Origin: Eledone cirrhosa
Lineage: Eukaryota
Length of the DNA: 64,000 nt
Direction of reading: 5' to 3'
NCBI GenBank assembly: GCA_964016885.1
Contig: CAXHJY010000818.1
Span: forward strand, 1-64,000
Below the pieces are notes generated by a model, which was not told the origin of the DNA, made no database searches, and saw nothing but the letters and a program-made list of their open reading frames with translations. Each line of letters opens with the position of its first letter. Position 1 is the first letter of the stretch. Positions 13,929-28,844 of this stretch are shown here, one piece after another. Made by a program: the position numbers and the translations under genes.

Positions 13929-15281
13929 ATATATATATTATTTATATATATAAAGTATATATGTATCTTCTGGTTTTATGGACTGGAAATGTCAGCAGAG
14001 CGCCGGACACCTACTTCACATAGAGTTACGGCCCTTTGCGTTCTGAGTTCAAATCCTGTCGAGGTTGGCCTTGTGCCTAAATCAGAAACCATTATTTTGG
14101 TCGCACATGCTTTCCAGCATAGTTACGTCTCTTTACAATCTGAGTTCAAATCCCGCCGAGGTTAACTTTACCTTTCATCCTTACGGGGGTCGATAAAATA
14201 AAGTACCAGTAATGTACTGAGTAATTGCTGGCCTTGTGCCAAATGTAGAAACAATTATTTTATAATTTTCTACCAATAGGTAGAGCCTTGTTCTAAGATA
14301 GAAAGACGACACTTTCAATGGAATTAGAACAACAACTTAGTAAATAGGGATTGGGTTTGTAATGTCATCCACAACAAATGCAAAGAGGAGTAAACCCCTT
14401 GTGTTACCTTCCTGGATATCTGTGGTGATCTTACCAGGAGCAATGAAGTGTATTGGGTATCCCTTAAGAGAAACACGACAGAGGGGGTAGCGAGGCAGCC
14501 CTTCGTCTTTAAACATGTTGAGTGTCTCATAAGAGAGGTTACCAGCGGGTGTATGGAGGCAGCCCCCATCAATGACTCGTCCCTAAACTCGCTGGGTGTC
14601 CCATAAGGGAAACACGACAGAAGGGGTAGCGAGGCAGCCCCTCATCTTTAAACACCACCACTACTAGCACCACTGACACCACCACTACCACTACTAGCAC
14701 TACCACCACTAACAACACCACATCCACAACCACCACTACCACCACCACCACCACTACCACAACCACTACCACCACCACTACTACTACTACCAATAGCAAC
14801 ACCACTACCACTAACACACCATCAACATCTCCCCCTCCAAATCCCCACCAACATGATTAGAAATGGAAGAATAAAAATTTGCGTAGTCAAATAAGAAATG
14901 TGTGTGTGTAGTATACATGCATGCGTGTATGTTTGTGTGTATATATGTGTGTGGTTGTCTGGTCAGCTATAAATTCCAATCAAAATTACTCGCATTCAAT
15001 ACAGAAAACCCACCTGCTGTATGTATGTATATAAATATATATATATATATTATATACATACACACACACGTATACATACATACAGCAGGTGGGGTTTCTG
15101 TATTGAATGCGAGTAATTTTGATTGGAATTTATAGCTGACCATATATATATATATATATAAATATATGTATATGTCAGTATATATATGTGTGTGTGAGTG
15201 TGTGTCTGCTATTTGAAGCGTTAAACTAATATATTTCTTCCATATACTGTACTGTTTGTGTTGTTATTTCTGTTTACCTTT

Positions 15282-15326
<45 letters not shown>

Positions 15327-15797
15327 TGATATATCTTATAACAAAAAAATATTGATAGCAAAATTTGATCTCTCTTTTATTTATTTAGTTAGTAGTTTTT
15401 TTTTTATAATAATACAATTTATAGGTCGATATATTTTACTACTTACCTTTTTAAACTCGTTCCTTACCTTTTTCATCCAATTCCAAACTCATTTATTTCA
15501 TATTAAAAGAAAAAAATACCCCAAACATTTATTTATCCTTTTGATAGAACATTAAAATTGTTTTGATGCACCATTTTGTTTTTTGATATTGTCATTACTG
15601 TTACTATCCTTATTTTTATTACTATCATTATTCTAAATCAGAAAGCATTATTATTATTACTGTTACTATTATTATTATCATATATTGTTTTGTGTTTCTT
15701 TTTTCTGATTGTCTGCTTCATTCTTCATTTTCATTCCAGCTTGTAACAGAAGTTTACTTTTGTTTTTTTTTCTTCGTTTTATATATATATATATATA

Positions 15798-15897
<100 letters not shown>

Positions 15898-16065
15898 CGT
15901 GTCTGTGTATTTATATGTACAGTTTTTTTTCTTTATCTTATTCTCATTTTTTTTTTCATTTCCTTAGAATCTTATTTCATATAATAACTCTTTTGCTTGT
16001 ATTGCTTGAAATAGATCCTTCTAACTTCTAACCCTCTTCCTCTCTTATTTTGCTTATTTACCCCC

Positions 16066-16106
<41 letters not shown>

Positions 16107-16110
16107 TCTC

Positions 16111-16157
<47 letters not shown>

Positions 16158-17009
16158 AATAGGGAGAGAACTGGATGAAGACAATGAGAAAAAGCAACAA
16201 AAAGACGGACAATCCCATCTCCTCAGTCAACCTCTGGAAATCACTCTGGTTACAGTATTTTAAAGTCAGTACCAACAGAATATATATATACACATACTTT
16301 TTGATTTTTTCTTGCAAGATTTCTATCTGAAAACGTGTATTAAAACAGATATTGTTATACTTTGGGAGGGTCATGCTGCCAATAAAAACACACACACTCC
16401 AATTTATTACAAATTTCCGGTTGGTTGGTTCAATAAATAGAGAGAAAGTGTGTATGTGTGTGTGTTTATATATGTGTGTGTGAGTATGTGTATGTGTATC
16501 TATGTGTGTGTGTATGTGCATGTGTGTGTATGTATGTGCTTGTGTATGTGTATGTATGTACGTGTGTATGTGTGTATAAGCCGACATGCAATGGTGTTTA
16601 GTTATTGATTTTTGGAGCTGTGATCGATATGGTAGAATGGACGATAGAGGACTATAATCAGTGTCAAGTGTATCGATCTTGTCGTTTGCTGGAAATGGCT
16701 GAAACATGTAAAGAAAGAACGGCGTAAAATAACAGGAAAACATCTGCTGAAGGTGGTGGTGGTTGTGGTGGTGGCGATGGAGGAGGCGGGGGGGGGGGTG
16801 CAGGGACTTTGAAAAGTCAGGCTGGCTTGTTGTTTAATAGTTGGTCTCAGTTCCAGATAGAGAAAGAGAGAGATATGGATGGGGAAGAAGGAAAAGAGAA
16901 AATGGGTGAGAGGGAGTGAAAGAAAGAGGAGATAGTGAGAGAGAGAGAGAGATGGAAAGATGGAGAGAGGGGGGAGAGAGAGAGAGGTGCTAAATTGCTC
17001 TTTCTGTGT

Positions 17010-17268
17010 GTACACAACCAGTGAAGCTTTGTCAGTAAACAGAACTCTCTCGGATCAATTTTTTTCTGTGGACTTTGGTTTGTGTCTGCAATGGCCTCAG
17101 GTAGATGAGGCTTCCATTGGGGTGGAACCTGATGTAGACCCCACCACCACCAACACCACCACCACTACCACCACCACCACAACCACCACCATTACCACCA
17201 CCACCACCACTACTACCACCAACACCACCACCACCACCACCACCACCACCACCACCACCACTACTACC

Positions 17269-17299
<31 letters not shown>

Positions 17300-17435
17300 C
17301 CACCACCACCACCACCACCACTACTACCACCAACACCACCACCACCACCGCCGCCGCCGCGTGAAAAATAAAGAAAACAGAGTTTGGAGAAAGAACGCAA
17401 CCTTGCTTCACGCCATTGGTATTCCAATAGATTGG
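17010..17435 (-). mobile_element. Degenerate RTE (BovB-like) reverse-transcriptase fragment split by an (ACC)n tract
   Basis: GVKQGCVLSP motif at about 17385-17415 and GVYIRF..NGSL..LR.LQ..TK....LIRE at about 17040-17140, separated by about 220 bp of (ACC)n. Confidence 0.72.
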
Positions 17436-17806
17436 ATGGTTACGACTGGGACAGATTGGAACATATCGATCTGGTCAATCAGGGTTAATCTATGACTAGA
17501 AAACAACAACAATAACGACATCATCACCAACATCAGCATAACCACTATCATCATCATCACCATCACCAACATCAACATAACCACTATCATCATCACCATC
17601 ATCATCGTCATCATCATCTTCGTCATCAACATCGATAACATTAGATCAAATTGCTGGTGCCATTGTGTCATCTGTCAAAGTCAAATGAGAATATTCTGGT
17701 GAAAAATAAAAGAAAGTCTCGGCAACATTACGTGAGGTTTAATGCCAGATCACGCGAGATCTCGTAAAAACCCAAGACTTTCATTTCCGATTTGATTTAT
17801 TTATTC

Positions 17807-17875
<69 letters not shown>

Positions 17876-18114
17876 TCGTGTGTATATATGTGTATTTAAT
17901 GGTTCTACCTAATAGACTGGAAAGACCGTCCACTTATTGAAATGAAATGCAACTTCAGGCCAGAAATTAATGCAGACGACAGAAGAAAGCCATTTCCTTT
18001 TAACTTGACAACACCAATAATCACACACAATCAAAAGACGAGAATTCCCAATATTATTCTCTAGTATTCTATTTTCTACATTGTCAGCTCCGTTCCAGAG
18101 TCTCCCTCTCTCTC

Positions 18115-18194
<80 letters not shown>

Positions 18195-18223
18195 TATATA
18201 TATATATATGTGTGTGTTTATAT

Positions 18224-18255
<32 letters not shown>

Positions 18256-18639
18256 GCGCGTGTGTGTGTGTATTAAGCAATAATAAATCAATTGGTTCCG
18301 TTCACTATTCATGCTTTTGAAGGTTCACAAACCATTATACAATTACACTGCCGCCATTAGAACGAACGACGCTATTTTGGTTTAGAAAGTCTCACAAACA
18401 GATGATGAAAAAAAAAGAAAGAAATAAGAAATAAATGTGTAATGAGGCAGATGATAAATGCGATGTGATAACGACATAATGGGTGTAACTTGTCTTACTG
18501 GTTAAGGTGTTTGGCATACGTTTGTAAGGTTGTGGGTTCGATTACCAGTGACAGACTATGTCCTTGGCAAGACACTTGCTCCTGATTTTATGCAGTTGGA
18601 CCGAACCTAGGACCTCATGATTGCCGAGTGAACTTTTTA

Positions 18640-19135
18640 ACCATCCAGGCATACCCTCTCTCTCTCTATCGCTGCCATGCCCTGCGTCCGTCTCCAACAG
18701 ACCAGTGTCTGTCCTTAGGGTATCAACATACGTTAACCTTGGTCTTCCTCTTCCAGTGTGTCCATGTAGGGGCTCCCACAGGAGCACTGAGTGCACAGAG
18801 AGCCAAGAAGAGGATCAAGGAGGGCAAGGCCCAGAGGTGATGAAGAGGTGTGATTTTGATGATAGTTGCCCCGAATCAGTGGAGGATCAGTAACATCGTC
18901 CCAGTGCCAAAGAAGGGAGATCTCTCTAACACCAACAACTACAGGGGGATCTCACTGACGTCACTTGTGGCAAAGACCCTCAACAGGATGATTCTTAATA
19001 GGATCCAGCCTGAGATGGAGAAGAAGCTGAGGGACAACCAGAACTGCTTCAGAGAGGGAAGATCAACCACCAGTCACATCCTGATGCTGAGGAGGATATT
19101 AGAGGGAGCTAGATCAAAGTGCCTTCCTGTGGTCG
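18640..19135. mobile_element. LINE (RTE-like) remnant: 3' end on - (18640-18795) joined to RT N-terminal part on + (18795-19135)
   Basis: Plus: W..S.IVPVPKKGD...NNYRGISLTS..AK...R....R...Q..FR.GRST; minus: LLWEP.HG..GRGRPR.TY.D.L..DTGL. Confidence 0.82.
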
Positions 19136-19619
19136 TATATATATATATACATATATCACTCACACAGACACACACACATATATATATATATATTCACATA
19201 CATTATTATACAGGTGGATTGGCAGTATCGGTAGAGGGTCGGACGCCATGCTTTGCAACGTAGAGTTACGCCCCTTTGCGGTCTGAGTTCAAATCCTGCC
19301 GAGGTTAACTTTGCCTTTCATCCTTACGGGGTCGATAAAATAAAAGTACCAGTAATGCACTGGAGTAATTGCTGGCTTTGTGCCAAAAGTAGAAACAATT
19401 ATTATATAGGGTGACCACAAAAACACTCCGAGCTTGATATCAGCCAATACCACATTAAACTTTGTTAGTTTATGAAACTCTAGCCACCAATATTGTAAGA
19501 ATATTCATTTAAGTTTTCATGTTATAAGTATTTGAAATCAAGGAGTGTTTTTGCAGCCAGCCTGTATTTTCCACCAATCCTTAAAGCTTACACGAGTTAT
19601 TCCCCTTACACTATAAATC

Positions 19620-20545
19620 ATTTTACAGATTTTGGAATCTTTGTAAAGGAAATCCATATAAAACACGAGAGATTCCACTTCGTCATTCTATAGAGGGTTG
19701 GTCCGCAGCAAGTGCGACGACGCGCTCGGAGAAACTCTAGGCGTAGAGGAAGACGAACTGGCCAGTCTGTTCGGTAGGACCTTCCGCCCGGGACCGATGG
19801 ACAACTTCCAAAAGTCCCTGGCCTGGCAGTGTTACCGAGGAGCTCTACCAGTTCGAGACAAGTTCTACAGACATGGGCGCCCGGGCAGGGACCCTTCGAA
19901 AAAGATCTGTTCGAGATGCGTGCGAGACGAAGAAACCGTCGTGCACGCATTCGTACACTGCCCGGGCGTTACCGACCTGTGGGGCTATGTAGAACGACTA
20001 TTGTCGCGGGTGGGACCAATCCGGTTGACCACCGAGTCCATTGTTATGATCAAACCGCCACCCTCCTTCAAAAACGAAGGAGAGGCGGTTTTCCTTTGTC
20101 TGATAGCTATGGCGAAAGAGGTTGTATGGTGGACGAGGTTGAAAGGGCTGAGGTCAGACACCTTTCTCTCCAGCCAACAACTGATTCTTTTTTTCAAATA
20201 CCACTTTGGAAGAAGAATCAGGATGGAGAGAGAGGTACTGTACCTCAGCAAGTTTTATGAAAGGTGGGTGAAAGTGGCGAGAATGGCCCGAGTGAATGTG
20301 CCTTCTCACTATATCAGCCTGTAGGTTGAGGAAAAAGAGGAAGAGAGGAAAGGGGTACTCACTCTTCGTACTCTTGGAGGTGTGTTACCCATATGTAATG
20401 TCTCCCCCTATTGGGGAAAATCGATTAATTTTTAAATTGCATTTGTGATAGTATTTTACACGTTTTTATTGTATGTAAACTTCCCTCTTTGTATTTGTCC
20501 CCTTCTTTTGTGCCCCTGAGGCTAATAAAGAAACATATCTATCTC
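19620..20545 (+). mobile_element. Tx1/L1-clade non-LTR retrotransposon, 3' fragment (zf-RVT region and 3'UTR)
   Basis: ORF 19698-20324 with LAW...RGALPV, CSRC..DEET..HAF.HCP zinc-binding motif; ends AATAAAG-AAACATATCTATCT. Confidence 0.8.
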
Positions 20546-20577
20546 TAATCCAGTCAACACAGCAATGTTCAGAACGA

Positions 20578-20747
20578 TGACGTCAGTAGTAAACAAAATC
20601 TCGTGACGTCAGGAGTATACAAGAGTCGGTGAGGTCACAGCACAATCCAACCAATCGATTTCTGTTTACTTTAAATTGCGTCTTAATAAACACTTCGCGG
20701 GGAACCTGCTGCCAACTCCTGAATATTTTAACATTCTCATCGTAAGT
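20578..20747 (+). promoter_or_regulatory. Candidate promoter and non-coding first exon of the PLEKHB-like gene
   Basis: Two perfect CRE palindromes TGACGTCA (20578-20585, 20604-20611), GTAAACA forkhead-like site between them, CCAAT at 20651, local CpG enrichment, and a C|GTAAGT donor at 20742. Linkage to PLEKHB is inference. Confidence 0.5.
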
Positions 20748-23660
20748 TACACCCAACTTTTTTTCTCTGTCTCTCTTACACAAAACCTCATTCACTTTTC
20801 TAATATATCTGTAAATTACAATAATATTAATAATAAAGATTTTTTTTTTTTTAATTAACCACGAAGTGTTTACTTTAGGAAAACTTTAAAGACAGCATGG
20901 GACAAACCATTGGATATGTGTGTTGGTGTTGTGTGAGTTTTGAATTTAAACAAGTTTAATAATAATAACAATGATTTCTAGTATAGACACAAGGCCAGTA
21001 ATTTGGGGGGAGGGGAAAGTCGATTAAATCGAACCAGTGCATTACTGGTACTTTATTTTATCGACCCCGTAAGGATGAAGGCAAAGTTGAACTCGGAACT
21101 TAAAGGATTATTGTGGTAAATAAAAACAACAAAACATTATTATTATTTATATTCGCAGATATATTACAAAATCTTGTCTGATACATTGTACCGTATGTTT
21201 ACAAGACTTAAGAGTTTGTAAAACAATTCACTGATATTATTTTTTGAAAATCAGACTGGCCAAGATCCACCCCTGTTTCTAGGAAACAAAACCACCCATT
21301 TTAAAGGGCTCCAATTTAAGTTAAAATCTTCCTACATCAAACAGTTGACGCATCCTCAGTCAACATTTTTAAATGAAGGCTCGAGAAAGAGTGGACCAGC
21401 CATCCGCTCAAGTTTAACTATCGCTTCTCGTATTGATGTCGATCTGGGAGGTATCGATCGATACCAAGTGATGAACGATGCTCAGAAGAGGGTTATCTGT
21501 ACCCTGGTGTAAGTCTAATTACCCTTACCGAGTACCATACTTAAGATATATACCTATATTATTTTATAAATAGATTACGGAAGTCACCAAATTTATTTTA
21601 ATCACCACTAATTTTGTTTTTATCTTTCTTTTTCATATTTATATAATTATCAATGGTTTTTAAACAAACTTTGTGAGTGGAACACATTTATTGAGAATAA
21701 ACATTTATTTTACCCTGTTGTTGAAATAAGAGTGTGTTTCATTAGAAATGGTTAAGTTTGTATCAAAAGGCTGCAATAGAAACAGAAGCAGTAGCCCATT
21801 CTTGTATCGATTTATCATGAATAGATCCCAGTTGGTCGTAATCGAAGTGTTCAATAATATTTAGGGTTTCACAGTTTATTACTTCTGTCTTGGCTTCCAT
21901 TCTAAAATATATCTTCAGTTCTTCTCCTATACTTTAAACTTATTTATTTTATTCAACACGGCTCTGATTTAAAAAAGAAATATGTATAATATTAAACAAA
22001 ATGAAAATATGAGTCACAACGTAAAAAAAAAAACAACTTATAACACTCGACCACTATAAATAATAGTTAAGACAGTTTGGTAATGTGGCCTTAGGCAGGG
22101 CCTATGAGAGGGGGATCCAGTCGGTACTTTGTTCCGGGGCCCCAAGAGCTAAGAAGGCCCCACAGTAACCATGCAACATCCATTTTGAAAAAATCTTTGC
22201 CTACTTCGGGCCCCAAAGGGGGTCTTGTACCGCCTTGCAAGATCTCTCTTGGAGGCCATGGCCTTAAGGATGGGAAAAAGTGGACAGATGCAGGTTTATT
22301 TGTGTGTGTTGGTTTTTTCATTAGACTTCATTCAAATATTTATTTCTATTTATATATTTGTACAAAGGTAGGAATTATCTTGGGACAACATAAACAATAT
22401 GAATCTGATTATCAGTTTGTTTACCTTGACATTTGTACGTTACCCTATGTACTATACATACACTTTTTGATGAGTTGTAGTGCACCTGAGCATTGTACAC
22501 AATATTTCATTATTATTATTATCTATGTTTACTTGCTTATGTATGTCTGTCTACCTATGTTTACCTGCTTATGTATGTCTGTCTACCTGTCTATATATCT
22601 AACTGTCTGACTACCTATCTGTGTATCTATCCACCTATCTGTCTTTTTCACAACTTTCCTACCTACAACAATAACAAAACAATTCAAAGTTGCAGAGAGA
22701 CAGACAGGTAGATAGAAAAGTCATCATAATCTAATGGATATCGATTTGATAATGGTTACAGAAAATGATTATAAATAAAGCAATGTATTTTCCATCGTGT
22801 CAGGTGCCATGGGGGTGAGGCGGAGTGTAAGTTTAGTTGGAGGTGGAGGATACTCGTTCGGACGTGACACATTCATATAATACTTCAGATGAAATTTGAA
22901 AGCTTTTTCCTGATTTCGTAGAAAAGCTAAATACCTGGGTGGTTGTTATGTGATAGAATTAATGTAAATGATCTGAGAGGTAGGGGGGCATTCAATGACA
23001 TGAAACACGGAGGGTGGTTGATTTAAATAAATGTCAATGCTATGACTGGAGTGACAGTTAGAAAGAAACTGGAGGATTGAAATATCTTTAAATAGAATGT
23101 TGTAATCAAAGAATTATTAGATTAAATTAATTATCTGTTGTTGTTAGTATAAATCCTGTCGTCCCATCTTAGTTACTATAAAACACGTCTCCTATCATAA
23201 TTACTCAATTTAGAAAACATGGCGGCATCATTTGTTAAATGAAAGTAAAACAGCAATGGAGATAGTAAAAACTTGTTATATAGAGTGTGTGTGTGTCCCC
23301 CCCCCCCCCAAAAAAAAAAATGTGTACATACTTCAACAGCATTCTAATGAAAGTGTGTATAGATTTGGGGAGGACACCCTGTTTTTATTATTGTTGAAAT
23401 ATATTGTCGTCTTACATGAACTTGTGCAAATTGAGAAAAACAAGAAAACCAGATTGTGTAACTGTTTGTGTTGCTAAGTAAATAATTGTTTCTACTTTTG
23501 GCACAAGGCCAGCAAATACTCAGTGCATTACTGGTACTTTATTTTATCGACCCCGTAAGGATGAAAGGCAAAGTTAACCTCGGCGGGATTTGAAGTCAGA
23601 TAAAGGGCCGTAACTATGCTAGAAAGAATAGCGTCCGACCCTCTACCGATAAATAATACA

Positions 23661-23715
<55 letters not shown>

Positions 23716-23992
23716 TGTGTATGTGTGTGTGTTCATACACACGTACAGAGAGTAAAGTGGTCGTTTCCGGTGTCATGACAAAAAGAACCCAGCCAAAGTG
23801 GTTGTGTAGGTGACACGATAAAAAGTACTCAGTGCACCCTGTCAATGTGGTTGGCGTTAGGAAGGGCATCCAGCCGTAGAAATCTAGCCAGAAACATTTC
23901 TCTATATGTAAGGCATAGTCATCTGATCTGACTTGTGTGGAAAAATGGACGTTAAACGGTGATGATGATGATATACATATATATACACAGAC

Positions 23993-24049
<57 letters not shown>

Positions 24050-24950
24050 TATATACACAGACATATATATATACATAGGCACACATATATACACACACGC
24101 GTGTGTGTGTGTGTACGTATGTATCTACACATATTTGGCAAAGAACACTTAAGATAGGCGGATTATTTTAGTTATATCCGGTTCATATAATATTTTAGTA
24201 ATTCAAGAGGTTGTTAGTCATATGATAATGACACTATTTACAAAGTAAATGTTAACCATCCTTTTTATACTTTATTAAAACCTCTTTACATACACACACA
24301 CCTGCTCATACACCCACACCTACACCTCACACACCCACACCTACACCTCACACATATTTCCCTGTATTGCTGTCTAAGTGTAGTCACAGACAACTGCTGT
24401 CATCTATAGAAACACAGGCAATGTTTTGTTAGGATTTGTTCTATATTAACTGATGTTTGCATTATTCTCTTGCCATTCGACTACGGTCATGATGGAGCAC
24501 TGTCATGAAGTTAGACAAAAGCAAAGAGTATATGTAAACACATATATACAGGGCCCCCCCCCCCCCCCCAAAAAAAAATGCATACACACTTTGATTACCT
24601 GTACAGGTAATATTTATTAGAATGCTGTTGAAATGTGTAAACATTTTTTGGCGAACACCCTGTATATATATGTAGAGTTTAATAATTGTTTCTACTTTTG
24701 GCACAAGGCCAGCAAAATATCCCCCCAGTACATTACTGGTACTTTATTTTATCGAACTCGTAAAGATGAAAGACAAAGTTAACCTCGGCGGGATTTGAAC
24801 TTAGAACATAAAGGGCCATAACTCTATGCTGCAAAGCATGGTGTCTGACACTCTACCGATACTGGCAATCCACCACTATGTAGAGTTTAATAATATTTTG
24901 TATTGTGGCTAAGTGATGTGGATGATTGTGTGTATATATATATATATATA

Positions 24951-25123
24951 TACCATATTTCCTGGCGCCAAAGGCGCATCATCCTCTGGGACGCACCCTA
25001 ATTTTGACAACCAAAAATTTGGAAAAAAAATAATGAACAACCTTCGGCCTCCAGGAAGCATGGTAGATTTTTGAGACTTATTTTACGAAGAAGGTAGCGT
25101 CTTCGACGCTGGGAAATACAGTC
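24951..25123. mobile_element. pogo/Tigger-like MITE
   Basis: taccatatttcctggcgcc / gacgctgggaaatacagt imperfect terminal inverted repeats within TA context. Confidence 0.45.
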
Positions 25124-25701
25124 TATATATATGCCTGGATTTGTGACAGATAGTATTAACAATTGGAAAGACCAATGGAAACATTGTTTCCTTAATCCGA
25201 TATGACAACGTCTGGGATCTTCTCGATCGATTATCAATCGATTCCAATTTTTTGTTCATATAATTGATTAACTAATAATTAATTGTATGTCTTATGATGT
25301 GGAAGAAACGTGTATTAATTAAAATATAACATAATTAACAGTCCTTGGTCTTCTTTTCAAGGTGTGTGTGTAACACCACCCTTTCTCTGTAAAGTTATGT
25401 TGGTACCACAACATCCAGTCCAAACTAATAAGATAATGAGATCGAGATTGGGTCGGTGTCGCAACAAAAAAACACACACTCCACGCTGTAATGTGGCCAT
25501 GTAGGTAACACAGTAAAAACCTTCCAGTCCACACTGTAAATGTGGTTGGTGTTAGGAAGGGCATCCAGCCGTAGAAAACCTGCCAAGTAGTCCTACACGA
25601 GCGAGACACGGTCACCCGACCAACTTTGCCTCAAGTGGGACAACTCCCGTCTAACCCATGCTAGCGTGGAAGATAGACGGTAAACGATGATGATGATGAT
25701 G

Positions 25702-25751
<50 letters not shown>

Positions 25752-27269
25752 AGGGGTAAAAATTAGCACCAAAGAAAACTGATCAAGACAGAGAAAGACA
25801 AAGAATAGAGAGAAGAATGAGTCCCTCATCAGCTGCCAACTGGTATAATCTGCTTTCGATATAATTGTCTTGTTTGTCTTAAAGTCATTAAGTAATTGAC
25901 GTGGTTTGTGTAAAAACTAAAACAAAAGAAAGAAAATATTTATAAATAAAAACAAAATGTCAACAAACAACAATGATACAAGTTAAAAAGGCAACAATAA
26001 CAATAATAAGTTTAAAAAGCAACAATAACAACAACAACAAGTTAAAAAGATAACAATAACAATAATAAGTTTAAAAAGCAACAATAACAACAACAAGTTA
26101 AAAAGATAACAATAACAATAATAAGTTTAAAAAGCAACAATAACAAAAACAAGTTAAAAAGGCAACAATAACAATAAGTTTAAAAAGCAACAATAACAAT
26201 AATAAGTTTAAAAAGCAACAATAACAACAACAACAAGTTAAAAAGGCAACAATAACAATAACAATAAAAACTTTCTCCCATCCCAAAGAAAAATAAAACA
26301 AAAACAATTGAATCATTGTTAGCTCAGCTTTTATGTTGTCACAATTATCATCACATACATAATTATAATAATCATCATCATCATAATTATAATTGTCAGT
26401 ACTTTTGTCATCACCATCACCACCACCAACATAAACACCATCATCACCACCACCACCATCATCATCATCATCACCACCACCATCATCATCACCATCACCA
26501 TCATCATCATCATCACCATCACCACCATCATCATCATCACCACCATCATCATCACCACCATCACCATTCCCTTTGACAACATCAACATGTATGGACAACT
26601 ACTGGTTTTCCACAAAACACCTTGTCCTCGCTTGCATAATTTACAGAGAAACCGACATCTATGGTCAGTCATAAATGAAGGTGGTCTCGAGTGGTTAGAG
26701 AATGGGATTCTCAATCATGTGGTTGCTAGATTCCTCGACTGGGCGATATGTTGTGTCCTTTATTTCATGTTGCTCTTTCTGCCAGGAGTTATGACTGGTA
26801 GATAGTATCAGCAATGGAGACATTGTTTCCTTGGACTGATTTGACAAGTTCTTCAACCCCACTGACCTGTTCTTCTTCATAACAGTGCATCCCGTACCGG
26901 TTCCAAGACTATGGTTTCGCTGTGAGATGGGTTTGGCGTGCTAACTGGCCTGTCCCTCATATTGGTGCCATCCAGTCCCACACTGTAAATGTGGTTGGTG
27001 TTAGGAAGGACATTCACCTGTAAAAAATCCCAGACCAAATTTACAATCCTCGTTGGAGCAAGGTATGGCGTGATCTGTCTCCCAACATGGACGACCTGTC
27101 TAACCCATGCAAGCATGGAAAAATGGACGCTAAACGGTGATGATGATGATTACAGTTGTACACACAGATTGGTCAGTCAAAACTGAAAGAGGTTCCATTG
27201 TTAATTAATGTTGTGTATATATTATAGGTGTACACAGATTGACTTGCTGCATAAGAATTTACTTTTAAC

Positions 27270-27312
27270 ATGGATTATGAAATAATGAAAGCTGGTTGGA
27301 TGCATCGACAAA
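27270..27312 (+). CDS. PLEKHB: PLEKHB/evectin-like PH-domain protein, coding exon 1 (MDYEIMKAGWMHRQ)
   Basis: PH beta1 motif KxGW..RQ; donor A|GTAAGA at 27313, phase 1; probable acceptor TATAG at 27227 upstream of the ATG. Confidence 0.88.
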
Positions 27313-28212
27313 GTAAGACATTTTAACTTATTTCATCTTAATTTTGTGTTGATGTAGTTTATTTTTAACAAATACACTTAATTGAATAAAATGTTACTCC
27401 AAACATGTATAAAAATGGTGCCCTTTCTCCCTCGGTGCCCTAAACATTTTTATTTTGTTTAATGGTTAATCCAACCCCAAACTAAGTCTGGGGTCCAGTT
27501 TTCAATGATGATGATCTTTAGACTGTGGCCATTCTGAGGCACTCCAATACAACAACAACTGCAACAATAACATCAACAACAACTGTAGATTAGAGAATAC
27601 AAAGTTGAACATTGTTACAACAATAGTAACACCTTACCAGTTGTGCTGCACTTTGTACACTCTGCTGGTTTACCTGCATTAATGAGATTAGAATTACAAG
27701 TAAATATTGTGAAGGTGTACAGTCAAGTGGGTAGAGCATCAGTCTCATGAGCTGGGCACTGTTTTGTATCCTTGAGCAAGTCACTTCACCTCACTCTAAT
27801 CCACTAGGTATGTGACCTGGTAGGTAGAGCATCAGTCTCATGAGCTGGGTACTGTTTTGTATCATTGAGCAAGTCATTTCACTTCACATTGCTCCAGTCC
27901 ACTAGGTATGTGTCCTGTATTTTCATGGTAAATGCTTTACCTCACATAATATTGAATCTACAAGATTTTGATATTATTTATTTTGAGAACAATACCTTAA
28001 CATCAGTATGAGTGGCCAGTTACAGCCAGTTTGAACAGAAAAATGTGAGAGAATTCTCGCCAGATATGGCTGGTTTAAATGCTAAAGGGTTAAAAATACG
28101 TGTTCAGTGGTAGGGGATTTGTTCCAGAGTTTGAAAACACTATAGGAAGCAGATGTGAGGGCAAGAATGATGGTGACAATAGCATTTATGTCTCTTTATT
28201 GTAATGTTTTAG

Positions 28213-28358
28213 GTAACATCCTACATCGGTGGAAAAAGAATTGGTTTGTCCTCTACAAGAATGGCAAGTTACTGTACTTTGAAAGTCCTAACAGTCAATC
28301 AAGTGAAGACTTTATGATCATTCCTACAATGTTGTTGTGTGTAAAAACAGGCAAAGAA
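28213..28358 (+). CDS. PLEKHB: PLEKHB/evectin-like, coding exon 2 (SNILHRWKKNWFVLYKNGKLLYFESPNSQSSEDFMIIPTMLLCVKTGKE)
   Basis: TTTTAG acceptor, GTAAGT donor, phases match neighbours. RQS.IL.RWKKNWF.L...G.L.Y and .KTG.E closely recall vertebrate evectin-2. Confidence 0.93.
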
Positions 28359-28556
28359 GTAAGTTTTACTCCTTTATATTTTTATTGTAAACATTCACTC
28401 AACAAGACAGCTTATTATATTTTTGTTTTCAAATTATATATGTTACATCATAGGGTAGAGAGGAGGTCTTCAGTCCTGACAACCTCACTAGTGTGTTGCC
28501 ATGATATATTACACCCATTTCACTCTGTAAAGTGTTTGGTGTTAGGAAAGGCATAC

Positions 28557-28596
<40 letters not shown>

Positions 28597-28696
28597 TTAA
28601 AAGATGTCAACATGAATGGACCTGTTATTTTTCTCTACAAACATTTTTTCCAATTCCAACCCACCCATCCCATCAATCTATCTTATTTCTCATTCT

Positions 28697-28820
28697 TTCT
28701 TCTGATGAAGGACTAGCGTCCAAAACGTTAAGACCTTCTTCCTGCTATTTCAAGCGTTAACCTAATATATTCCTTCCATATACTGTACTGATTGTGTTGT
28801 TATTCCTGTTTACCTTTTAC
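28697..28820 (+). mobile_element. Family-D Penelope-like end with hammerhead motif carrying a G12-to-A core change
   Basis: UCUU-CUGAUGA-AGGAC(UAGC)GUCC-AAAA-CGUU/AAGA; its downstream tail is repeated without the ribozyme at about 15205-15285. Confidence 0.58.
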
Positions 28821-28844
28821 ATATATATATATATATATATATAC

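Noticed and set aside
16580-16750. Non-repetitive stretch within the 229-aa minus ORF
   Set aside because: No recognisable motif or consistent splice structure; left uncalled.
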